Assembly: GCA_038227875.1 (NCBI GenBank)
Contig: JBBRPR010000012.1
Location: forward strand, 1 to 64,000
Length of the DNA: 64,000 bases
Direction: 5' to 3'
Origin: Planctomycetota bacterium
GTDB lineage: Bacteria; Planctomycetota; SZUA-567; H5-PLA8
Positions 26,131-34,474 of this stretch are shown here, in pieces (position 1 is the stretch's first letter; every line of letters begins with the position of its first letter). The notes below the pieces were generated by a model. It made no database searches, was not told the origin of the DNA, and saw only the letters and a program-made list of their open reading frames with translations. A program made the translations under genes and the position numbers.

Positions 26131-27650
26131 GCGACGGCGCATCCTGTTGTGGCTTGAATTGCAGCTCGCTGCGTTGGGGATTGCTCGCGCTCATCCCGCT
26201 GGGCTTTCTTGCCATCGCGAAACTTCCACCGCTGGAGATCATCCGCCAGGCCGACCTGCGTCTGCAGAGCGAACCGGGCGGCGCGAGCGTCTTCGTTAAC
26301 GGCCGTCTCGCCGGACCCACACCGCTGACTGTACGGCACCTGCCGCTGGGCGACTACGTCGTGCGTCTGGAGAAGGACGGTTTCCAGCCGATCGTGCGCA
26401 CGCTGACCGTGAAAAAAGAAGGCCTGGACCTGCGTGAAAAAATGCCGCAGCTGGCCACCACGCAGATCGATGTCAGCATCAAGCCCGACGGCGCGGAAGT
26501 GTTTCTGGATGGCGAACTGCAGGGACACACGCCGCTGAATCTCACCGACGTTCCCGTCGGCGCACACGACCTGCTGATCCGCAAGACCAATTACAATCCA
26601 TACTCCCGGCAGATCGTGTTGGAAGCCGGCGCACCGCTGGTCTTCAAGGGTTTTGAACTCGACGACCGCGTGATGCAGATGCTCAACAGCAACATTGCCA
26701 AGGAAGAGACCCGCGTCGCCCATTATATGGACCTCGGGCACTACCTGTTCGTCAACGATCATCTCGAGCCCGCCGCCACCGCGTACGCCAAGGCGCTGGA
26801 AGTGTCTGCGACAAAATTGACCTTCGGAAAAGAGACCCTGCCGGAAGAGCAGCGACTGCTGGAACGTCTGCGCAACGAAGACCGCAGCCGCCTGGCCAGC
26901 CAGATCGGCTTGAAGGAAAGCTGGCCGCGCAAGAATCTGACCGAGTTCACCAAGACGGTTGAAAACCGCCGCAAGGAACTGAACGAACAGCACATCAAAG
27001 AATGGTGGTGGATCAACGAGCAGGCCAATCATTATCTCGGCACCGGAAGAGGCACCGAGGCCGAAACTCTGCTGACGCACTTCATCGACGTGAACAAGAA
27101 CGAAAAAGATGCGCCGATTGACGGCGCGCAGATGGCGCTGATGGGCGTGCGCATCAAGATGCACAAGCTTTCGGGCGTGCAGGAATCGGTGGCGATCGTG
27201 ACGGCCGCGTACCCAACTCGCGCGGACCTCTTCCGCACGGCCGCGGACGCGGCGTTCTCGGAATACGCGAAGTTTGCGCCCAACGAGAAGCCGGAGATGC
27301 TCAACGTCGCCGAAAAGCTGTACCGCATGAGTGTGGAACTCTCCAAGACGCAGAAGAACGTCGACCAGCAGTCGCTCTGCGAATTTCAGCTCGGTATCGT
27401 CCTGGCCGAACGCGGCAAGTTCGACGAAGCCGTGGCCGCGTACAAGGAATCGATTGGCCTCACGAAGGACGACGGAACGAAGGAACAGCGCACGCAGAAA
27501 CTGGTGGAGTGCTATCGCAGCAAGCACGATTACGCCGCCGCGCGGACACTGCTGACGGAATTGTCGGGCAGCAAACGCGAGCCTGTGGCGTCCAAGGCAA
27601 AGCAGGATCTGAAGGAACTGGCATCGGTCGAGGCCGCGCAGCAGAAATAG
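26127..27650 (+). CDS. PEGA-PEGA-TPR protein, paralog 2
   Basis: SEPGGASVFVNGRLAGPTP and IKPDGAEVFLDGELQGHTP. ATGA overlap with the previous gene. Confidence 0.85.
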   Translation: MSDGASCCGLNCSSLRWGLLALIPLGFLAIAKLPPLEIIRQADLRLQSEPGGASVFVNGRLAGPTPLTVRHLPLGDYVVRLEKDGFQPIVRTLTVKKEGLDLREKMPQLATTQIDVSIKPDGAEVFLDGELQGHTPLNLTDVPVGAHDLLIRKTNYNPYSRQIVLEAGAPLVFKGFELDDRVMQMLNSNIAKEETRVAHYMDLGHYLFVNDHLEPAATAYAKALEVSATKLTFGKETLPEEQRLLERLRNEDRSRLASQIGLKESWPRKNLTEFTKTVENRRKELNEQHIKEWWWINEQANHYLGTGRGTEAETLLTHFIDVNKNEKDAPIDGAQMALMGVRIKMHKLSGVQESVAIVTAAYPTRADLFRTAADAAFSEYAKFAPNEKPEMLNVAEKLYRMSVELSKTQKNVDQQSLCEFQLGIVLAERGKFDEAVAAYKESIGLTKDDGTKEQRTQKLVECYRSKHDYAAARTLLTELSGSKREPVASKAKQDLKELASVEAAQQK

Positions 27651-27674
27651 GCTATCAACGAGATTGAGGTCCAC

Positions 27675-29195
27675 ATGAACGAGACTCCGAATTCGAATAC
27701 CGGGCGCAAGAAAATGCGAGGCGTGATCGCACTGCTGCTGCTGACGTGCGCCGCCATCGTGGCCGCGCTGCCGTTTCTGACGGTATCGCCCAAGGGCGAT
27801 CTCTCCGTGACGACCGTGCCCCCGGGCGCGACGGTATTCATCAACGGACGGCTGGCCGGCGCGACGCCGCTGGTGGTGCGCGGCCTGAGTTCCGGCACCT
27901 ACAGCTTGCGCATGGAAAAAGAGAACTTCGCGCCGCTGGTGAAGACCATCGAACTCAGCCACGACGGTTACCCCGTGCATGAAAACCTGCCGAAGATTGC
28001 GACCGGCAAGATCAAGATTGAGATGAAGCCCGAAGGCGCGGAAGTGCTGCTCGACGGCGACTTCGTCGGCCACTCGCCGCTCCTCCTCAGCGATGTGCAG
28101 GTTGGCGAGCACGATCTGCTGGTGCGCAAGACCAACTGTAATCCGTATTCGCGCCGCATCGAAGTCGTCGCCGGCCAGCAACTGGCGTACAACGACGAAC
28201 TCGAAGACAAAGTCCTGACGATGCTCAACGGCAACATCGCGAAGGAAAAGTACCGCGTCGCGCATTACGTGGACCTCGGCCACTACCTGTTCGTCAACAA
28301 CCGCCTGACCGAAGCGGCCGACGCGTACGCGCGAGCGCTCGAAGTCGCCGGCACGCCGATCGAATTCGACGAGGGCGTGACGCAGGACGAGCGCCGCCTG
28401 GAAATCCGTCTCCGCGCCGAAGACCAGAACCGGCTCAACGACGAGCTCCGGAAGAAGGAACACTGGCCCGGCAAGGACCTCACCGCGTTTGTGCGCATCG
28501 TCGAGGGCGCCCGGGAGATTGCCACGAACGCCGGAAACTTCCGCGACTGGAACTGGGCGCAGGAACAGGCGAACAATTACGTTCACGACGGAAAGCTCGA
28601 AGACGCGCAGAAGCTCCTGACCCGCCACATCGACGCCGTGAAGGACGGCCCGCTGCTGGCGCAGGCGTACATCAACCTGCTGAGCGTCCGGCTGAAGATG
28701 AAGAAGATGGAGCCGGTGCAGGAGACCTACAATACGTTCATGAAGCTCTACGGCTCGCGCCCGGAACTGCTCCGGCAGGCTGGCAACGCGGTCTACTCGA
28801 CGCAGGCCACGTTTGAAGGCAAGGACCGCGACACGGTGCTGACGATGGCCGAAACGATGTTCCGCAAAGGCGTCGCGCTGACCCGCGGCGGCGAACCGGA
28901 ACTCAAGGCGCTCTGCAATTTCGAGCTGGGCAACGTGCTGGCGCTGGAGAACCGCGCCGAACTGGCGCTGCAGCCGTACAAGGATTCGATCGACGGCACC
29001 AGTGACAAGGGTACGAAAGAACTGCGCGCGCAACGCCTGGTGGAAAGCCTGAAGGCGCTCAAGAAGTTCACCGACGCGCGAAAAGTGCTGACCGAACTCG
29101 AGAAGAGCCGCAACCAGGATGTCTCCGAGAAGGCCAAGCTGCTGCTGAAAGAGATCGACCTGATCGAGCCCTCGCCGGACAACAAGGACAAGTAA
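27675..29195 (+). CDS. PEGA-PEGA-TPR protein, paralog 3
   Basis: TVPPGATVFINGRLAGATP and MKPEGAEVLLDGDFVGHSP, then TPR-like helices. Confidence 0.85.
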   Translation: MNETPNSNTGRKKMRGVIALLLLTCAAIVAALPFLTVSPKGDLSVTTVPPGATVFINGRLAGATPLVVRGLSSGTYSLRMEKENFAPLVKTIELSHDGYPVHENLPKIATGKIKIEMKPEGAEVLLDGDFVGHSPLLLSDVQVGEHDLLVRKTNCNPYSRRIEVVAGQQLAYNDELEDKVLTMLNGNIAKEKYRVAHYVDLGHYLFVNNRLTEAADAYARALEVAGTPIEFDEGVTQDERRLEIRLRAEDQNRLNDELRKKEHWPGKDLTAFVRIVEGAREIATNAGNFRDWNWAQEQANNYVHDGKLEDAQKLLTRHIDAVKDGPLLAQAYINLLSVRLKMKKMEPVQETYNTFMKLYGSRPELLRQAGNAVYSTQATFEGKDRDTVLTMAETMFRKGVALTRGGEPELKALCNFELGNVLALENRAELALQPYKDSIDGTSDKGTKELRAQRLVESLKALKKFTDARKVLTELEKSRNQDVSEKAKLLLKEIDLIEPSPDNKDK

Positions 29196-29344
29196 GCATT
29201 TGTTTTTTACGCACGACACACAAAAGAACGATGAACTCCTTGACTTTCCAAACCTCCGCCGTCTAATCGAATCCGTAACAAAGATCGTGATCTTTGACAA
29301 CACGGGCACGTTCCATCGCTCCTTATAAGGGGGTGATGGCGCCA

Positions 29345-29578
29345 GACGACAGCCGCGGGAGAAGCGGCTCGGATTTCCATTCGAGCGCGCTACCGAAGAA
29401 GCAAGGACCGGACGCACGCGCGCCGGGCTGAAACTTTCAGGTTCCAGTACCGCGGCTCGATGGCACCCTGGAGAGGGCGGCTGCAGCTTCCACGCGCAGA
29501 CGCCACCGAAGGTGAAGAACGATCGGCAGTAGTGTGAATCAGGCCGGCCGTTCAATCTCTCAGGTCCAAGGACAGGGC
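29345..29578 (+). ncRNA. Tandem glycine riboswitch (two aptamers)
   Basis: Aptamer 1: GCGGGAGA...ACCGAAGAAGCAA...AAACTTTCAGG. Aptamer 2: CTGGAGAG...ACCGAAGGTGAA...AATCTCTCAGG...GGACAG. Directly upstream of gcvT. Confidence 0.93.
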
Positions 29579-29702
29579 TAAAGCGACCGTTGAGTTTCGT
29601 CTCGATAGAGCGGACTCGTCGCGTCACTTTTGGCCTGTGTACTACCCCGCTTGCGGAACTTGGCGCGCTTGCGGAACTTGGATTGATAAAGGGAGAATGC
29701 CC

Positions 29703-30794
29703 GTGGCTCATCGCACCGCCCTCTACGATGTTCATATTGCACTCGGCGCCAAAGTGATCGACTTCGGCGGCTGGGACATGCCCGTCGATTACCCCACTCA
29801 CATTTTGAAAGAACACACCGCCACGCGCACCGCCGCGGGCCTTTTCGACACCGGCCACATGGGCGAATTGCTGATCGAAGGCAGTGGCGCGTTGGAAAGT
29901 CTGCAAGGCTTGGTCAGCCGCGACCTCGCCGGCATGGAAGACGGGCAGGGCCGCTACACGCTGCTGACCACCGAACGCGGGACGGTCATCGACGACTTGA
30001 TCATCTTCAAGCAGGCCGACAACGCCTACTATATCGTCACCAACGCCGGCACGCGCGAAGGCGACGCGGCGCACATCAAGGCGCACTTGAAGAACGCGAC
30101 GCTCACCGATCTGCTGCCGCAGACGCACAAGCTCGATTTGCAGGGCCCGAAGACCTTCGAAATTCTGAGCAAGCTTTCGAAAGCGGAAGCCAGCAAGCTC
30201 AAGCGCTTCCGCTGGACGCGCGCCGATGTCGCCGGCATTCCGACGATCATTTCGCGCAGCGGCTACACGGGGGAAACGAACGGCGTCGAACTTTTCTATC
30301 CCGTGCAGCATGCGAAGAAAATGTGGGACGCAATTGTCGAAGCCGGCTCGCCGGTCGGCTTGCTGCCCTGTGGACTCGGCGCGCGCGACACGCTGCGGCT
30401 GGAATGTTGTCTGCCGCTGTATGGTCACGAACTCTCGACGGACATCACGCCGCTGGAAGCGGGACTGGACTGGGCCGTTTCGTTGGATAAACAGTTCACG
30501 GGCGTTGACGTGCTGCGCAAGCAGAAAGCCGGCGGCGTGCCGCGCACGCTGGCGGCGCTGCGCTTCGAAGGACGGCAACCGGCGCGCGCCGACACGCCGG
30601 TCTTCGTGGGCGACAAGCGCGTCGGTATCGTCACCAGCGGCACGTTCGGACCGACGGTGGGCATCGCCATCGCGCTGGCGCTGATCGACACGCCGCACGC
30701 GGCCGTGGGTACGAAACTGCAGGCGGAAGTCCGCGGCAATCGCATCGACGCCACGGTGGCCGACAAGCCGTTTTACAAGCCTGCGAAGAAGTGA
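29703..30794 (+). CDS. gcvT: Glycine cleavage system aminomethyltransferase T
   Basis: DFGGWDMPV, GLFDTGHMG, SRSGYTGE, GLGARDTLRLE. GTG at 29703 follows GGGAGA. Confidence 0.97.
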   Translation: MAHRTALYDVHIALGAKVIDFGGWDMPVDYPTHILKEHTATRTAAGLFDTGHMGELLIEGSGALESLQGLVSRDLAGMEDGQGRYTLLTTERGTVIDDLIIFKQADNAYYIVTNAGTREGDAAHIKAHLKNATLTDLLPQTHKLDLQGPKTFEILSKLSKAEASKLKRFRWTRADVAGIPTIISRSGYTGETNGVELFYPVQHAKKMWDAIVEAGSPVGLLPCGLGARDTLRLECCLPLYGHELSTDITPLEAGLDWAVSLDKQFTGVDVLRKQKAGGVPRTLAALRFEGRQPARADTPVFVGDKRVGIVTSGTFGPTVGIAIALALIDTPHAAVGTKLQAEVRGNRIDATVADKPFYKPAKK

Positions 30795-30848
30795 AGGCAA
30801 TGCAATTGTTTGATTGTGGAAATCTAAAATGGAGCGAGGGGTAAACGC

Positions 30849-31238
30849 ATGAGCAGCAACGTTCCGGCCGGTCTGAAGTATTCGAAGGAGCACGAATGGG
30901 TGAAGGTGGAAGGCAACACCGCCACCATCGGCATCACCGATCACGCGCAGGCGCAGTTGGGCGACATTGTCTTCATTGAGCTGCCGAAAGTCGGATCGAC
31001 GGCCGTGTACATGAAGCCCGTCGGCGTGGTCGAATCGGTCAAGGCGGCCAGCGACATTTTCAGCCCGCTCAGCGGCAAGGTCCTGGCGGTCAACGACGGC
31101 CTGGGCAAGTCGCCGGAAAACGTCAACAAGGATTGTTATGGCGGCGGCTGGATGGTGAAGCTCGAAATGACCAAGCCGGACGAACTGAACCAGCTCCTCG
31201 ACGACAAGGGATACGCGAAGTACATCGAAAACGCATGA
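30849..31238 (+). CDS. gcvH: Glycine cleavage system H protein
   Basis: YSKEHEW, GITDHAQAQLGD, lipoyl-Lys motif VESVKAAS. Confidence 0.98.
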   Translation: MSSNVPAGLKYSKEHEWVKVEGNTATIGITDHAQAQLGDIVFIELPKVGSTAVYMKPVGVVESVKAASDIFSPLSGKVLAVNDGLGKSPENVNKDCYGGGWMVKLEMTKPDELNQLLDDKGYAKYIENA

Positions 31239-31307
31239 AAGAAAACCAGGACGCGAAAATTGGGCCGCTAGGGTCTTAGGCGCGAGCGACAGCAACGGGA
31301 GAGATTC

Positions 31308-32645
31308 ATGACGTACATTCCTCATACCACCACGGAACGGGAGCAGATGCTTGCGGCCGTCGGCGTAAAAACGCTCGACGAACTGTTTGCGCATCTGCCG
31401 GCGGAAGTGAAAGCGCCGCCGCTGAAGATCGCGCCCGGGCTCGGCGAAATGGAGCTGACGCAGGAGATGGCGCGCCGCGCGCGGAAAAATCAGTCCGCGG
31501 CGGAACTGCCCTGCTTCCTCGGCGGCGGTGCGTACGACCATTTCATTCCGCCGGTCGTCGATCAGCTCATCCTGCGCGGCGAGCTCTACACGGCCTACAC
31601 GCCTTATCAGCCGGAGATCAGCCAGGGCGTCCTGCAGATCATCTATGAATTCCAGACGATGGTTGCGTCGCTGACCGGCTGCGACGTGTCCAACGCCAGT
31701 CTTTACGACGGCGCGACGGCGCTGGTCGAAGGTTGCCAGATGGCGCTGCGCCACACCGGCCGCAATCATCTCGTGATCGATGGCGCGGTTCATCCGCATT
31801 ACATCCAGACCTTGAACGCGCTGCTGCGCGTGCAGGGCGCGAGCCTGGAAATCATCAGCCCGAAGACCGGCGAATACCGCAGCGACATCAAGGCGCTGAC
31901 GGCAGCGCTCGGCGACTCGGTCGCGGGCGTGATCATCGGCTATCCGAATTTCTACGGCTCGGTCGAAGACTTCAGCGGCCTGGCCGACGCGGCGCATAAG
32001 TCTGGCGCGCTGGTCGTTGCGGCCTCGAACCCGTTTACGTTCGGATTGCTCAAGCCGGCCGGCAGCCTCGGCGCGGACATCGTCTGCGGCGAAGCGCAGT
32101 CGCTGGGCGTGCCGCTGCAATACGGCGGGCCATACCTGGGCTACATCACCTGCAAGACGGAAACCGTCCGGCGCATGCCCGGCCGCCTGGTCGGGCAGAC
32201 GCTCGACGTCAAGGGTCAGCGCGCATTCACGCTGACGCTTCAGGCGCGCGAGCAGCACATCCGCCGCGAAAAAGCGACGAGCAACATCTGCACCAACACC
32301 GCGCTGTGCGCGATGATGGCGCACTTCTATATGTGCGCGCTGGGCCGCACCGGACTGAAGCGGGCGGGGGAGTTGAGCGTCGCCAAGGCCGACCTGCTCC
32401 GCCAGAAGTTGAAGAAGGCGCGCGGCGTCACCGTGCCGGAGTACACCGTCTTCAACGAGTTCATCATCGAGACGCAGAAACCGGCGGCGCAGGTGTTGGA
32501 GTATCTGCTCTCGCAGGGCTTGCTCGGCGGGCTGGACATGGGCACGTACGACAAGGCCCGCGCGAATCAGATTCTCGTCGCGGTTACCGAAAAGCGTTCG
32601 GAAGAAGAGATCGACAGGTACGTCAGCGCCATTGCAGGCGCCTGA
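31308..32645 (+). CDS. gcvPA: Glycine dehydrogenase subunit 1
   Basis: TAYTPYQPEISQG, NASLYDGA, REQHIRREKATSNICT. Confidence 0.97.
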   Translation: MTYIPHTTTEREQMLAAVGVKTLDELFAHLPAEVKAPPLKIAPGLGEMELTQEMARRARKNQSAAELPCFLGGGAYDHFIPPVVDQLILRGELYTAYTPYQPEISQGVLQIIYEFQTMVASLTGCDVSNASLYDGATALVEGCQMALRHTGRNHLVIDGAVHPHYIQTLNALLRVQGASLEIISPKTGEYRSDIKALTAALGDSVAGVIIGYPNFYGSVEDFSGLADAAHKSGALVVAASNPFTFGLLKPAGSLGADIVCGEAQSLGVPLQYGGPYLGYITCKTETVRRMPGRLVGQTLDVKGQRAFTLTLQAREQHIRREKATSNICTNTALCAMMAHFYMCALGRTGLKRAGELSVAKADLLRQKLKKARGVTVPEYTVFNEFIIETQKPAAQVLEYLLSQGLLGGLDMGTYDKARANQILVAVTEKRSEEEIDRYVSAIAGA

Positions 32646-32717
32646 ATAAGGTGAGCGCGGAAAGCAATCGGCTTTCCGCTCGACGATGAATCTCACGACT
32701 GACGTCAAGGAGCTGCA

Positions 32718-34205
32718 GTGGAGCTGATTTTTGAGAAGTCGCACAAAGGCAAGAACCAGAATTACTTTCCCGCCACCAATCCCGCCGGATCGCGCCCGGT
32801 TTCGCAGGTGCTTCCGGCCGGATTGATTCGCGACGTCCATCCGGATCTCCCGGACGTGAGCGAACTGGAATTCGTGCGCCATATTCTGGCGCTCTGCCGC
32901 CGCCAGGTGGGCATCGACAGCACGTTCTATCCGCTCGGATCGTGCACGATGAAATACAACCCGAAGATCAACGAGGCCGTCGCCCGCGATCCGGGTTTCG
33001 CGGCGATGCATCCGCTGCAGCCGGCGAGCACGGCGCAGGGCACTCTGGAGTTGATGTACGAACTCGAGCGGGGCTTGAGCGACATCACCGGCATGGACGA
33101 AGTGACGCTCAACCCGCTGGCCGGAGCGCACGGGGAACTGACCGGCATCCTGCTGATCAAGGCCTATCACGACGCGCGAGGCGATAAGAAGCGCACGAAG
33201 GTACTCTGTCCCACGGCTGCGCACGGCACCAATCCCGCCAGCGCAGCGATGTGCGGCTACGAAGTCATCCCGGTGCAGGGCACGCCCGAAGGCCTCGTCG
33301 ATCTGGCGAGCCTGGACAAGGTGCTCGATGATTCCGTCGCGGCGCTGATGCTGACCAACCCGAACACGCTGGGTTTGTTCGAGACGGAAATCCGCGTGAT
33401 TCAGAAGAAGGTTCACGACGCCGGCGGACTGCTCTACTACGACGGTGCGAATCTGAATGCGATTCTCGGCGTCGCGCGGCCGGGCGACATGGGCTTCGAC
33501 GTCGTCCATCTCAATCTCCACAAGACGTTCTCGACACCGCACGGCGGCGGCGGTCCGGGCGCCGGTCCCGTCGGTGTGAAAGAACGCCTGCGACCGTTCC
33601 TGCCGGTGCCGTACGTGAAGAAGCGGAACGTGCCGACGCCGGTCGGCCGTTCGGGATCGTCGAGCGCGTACGAACTGGCCTTCGACCGGCCGCAGAGCAT
33701 CGGGCGCGTCTGCACGTTCCAAGGCAATGCGAATGTGCTGGTCCGCGCGTTCACGTACATGCGCAGCCACGGCAACGACGGGCTCCCGGAAGTCGGCAAG
33801 AACGCGGTGCTCAACGCCGCGTACGTGTTCCAGCGGCTGGCGAAGACGTACAAACGCCCGCTGGCTTCGCCGTGCATGCATGAATTTATTCTCCAACCGA
33901 CGGACGAGATGCTGGCGAAGGGCGTGCGCACGCTGCACATTGCCAAGCGTCTGATCGATTACGGATACCACCCGCCGACGATTTACTTCCCGCTGGTGGT
34001 GAAAGAAGCGCTGATGATCGAGCCGACGGAAACGGAGAGCAAACGGACGCTCGACAACTTCTGTGAAGCGATGGAGAAGATCGCGAAGGAAGCGATCGAG
34101 ACTCCGGAGCTGGTGATCAACGCGCCGCACACGTCGCCGGTGGGCAAGGTTGACGAGACGAAGGCCGCGAAGGACCTCGACCTGCGTTTCTGCGCGTGCG
34201 AGTAG
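32718..34205 (+). CDS. gcvPB: Glycine dehydrogenase subunit 2
   Basis: YPLGSCTMKYNP, PLP-Lys motif HLNLHKTFSTPHGGGGPG, MIEPTETES. Confidence 0.97.
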   Translation: MELIFEKSHKGKNQNYFPATNPAGSRPVSQVLPAGLIRDVHPDLPDVSELEFVRHILALCRRQVGIDSTFYPLGSCTMKYNPKINEAVARDPGFAAMHPLQPASTAQGTLELMYELERGLSDITGMDEVTLNPLAGAHGELTGILLIKAYHDARGDKKRTKVLCPTAAHGTNPASAAMCGYEVIPVQGTPEGLVDLASLDKVLDDSVAALMLTNPNTLGLFETEIRVIQKKVHDAGGLLYYDGANLNAILGVARPGDMGFDVVHLNLHKTFSTPHGGGGPGAGPVGVKERLRPFLPVPYVKKRNVPTPVGRSGSSSAYELAFDRPQSIGRVCTFQGNANVLVRAFTYMRSHGNDGLPEVGKNAVLNAAYVFQRLAKTYKRPLASPCMHEFILQPTDEMLAKGVRTLHIAKRLIDYGYHPPTIYFPLVVKEALMIEPTETESKRTLDNFCEAMEKIAKEAIETPELVINAPHTSPVGKVDETKAAKDLDLRFCACE

Positions 34206-34299
34206 TCGAGGTACCTTGTTGACCATGGTCAACAACCCCAACTAATGGTGTTGTTGTACCTGTAGAACACCTTGGCACAAATTTGTGACAGGGTTGTTC

Positions 34300-34474
34300 G
34301 TAGTCCGGGCGTCCCGCCCGGTCTAACCACGCCCATGCAGAGACGCGCTCTTCAGGTAGGCGATATGCTCTACTGCGAAGCAAGCGGCTGTTGCTTCGCA
34401 ATCGAGCAATTTCTTTAAGCGAATTTACCTTTCAGTATTTGCCAAGATTAGACCGGGCGGGACGCCCGGGCTAC
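34300..34474. repeat. Inverted REP doublet between convergent genes
   Basis: 34300-34326 matches the reverse complement of 34448-34474 at 26/27 positions. Confidence 0.85.

Noticed and set aside
29703..34205. Absence of the L protein (lpdA) from the gcv operon
   Set aside because: Common. Dihydrolipoamide dehydrogenase is usually shared and encoded elsewhere.
25617..34241. 2874-aa minus-strand ORF spanning seven genes and the riboswitch
   Set aside because: Shadow ORF. Six consecutive plus-strand genes (26127 to gcvPB) happen to share one frame, and GC-rich genes rarely use TTA/CTA/TCA, so the antisense frame stays open. The translation has no recognisable motifs.
34272..34287. sigma54 promoter at TTGGCACAAATTTGTG
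   Set aside because: No GC at -12 (GG-N10-TG), and it lies between convergent genes. It is just a short palindrome.
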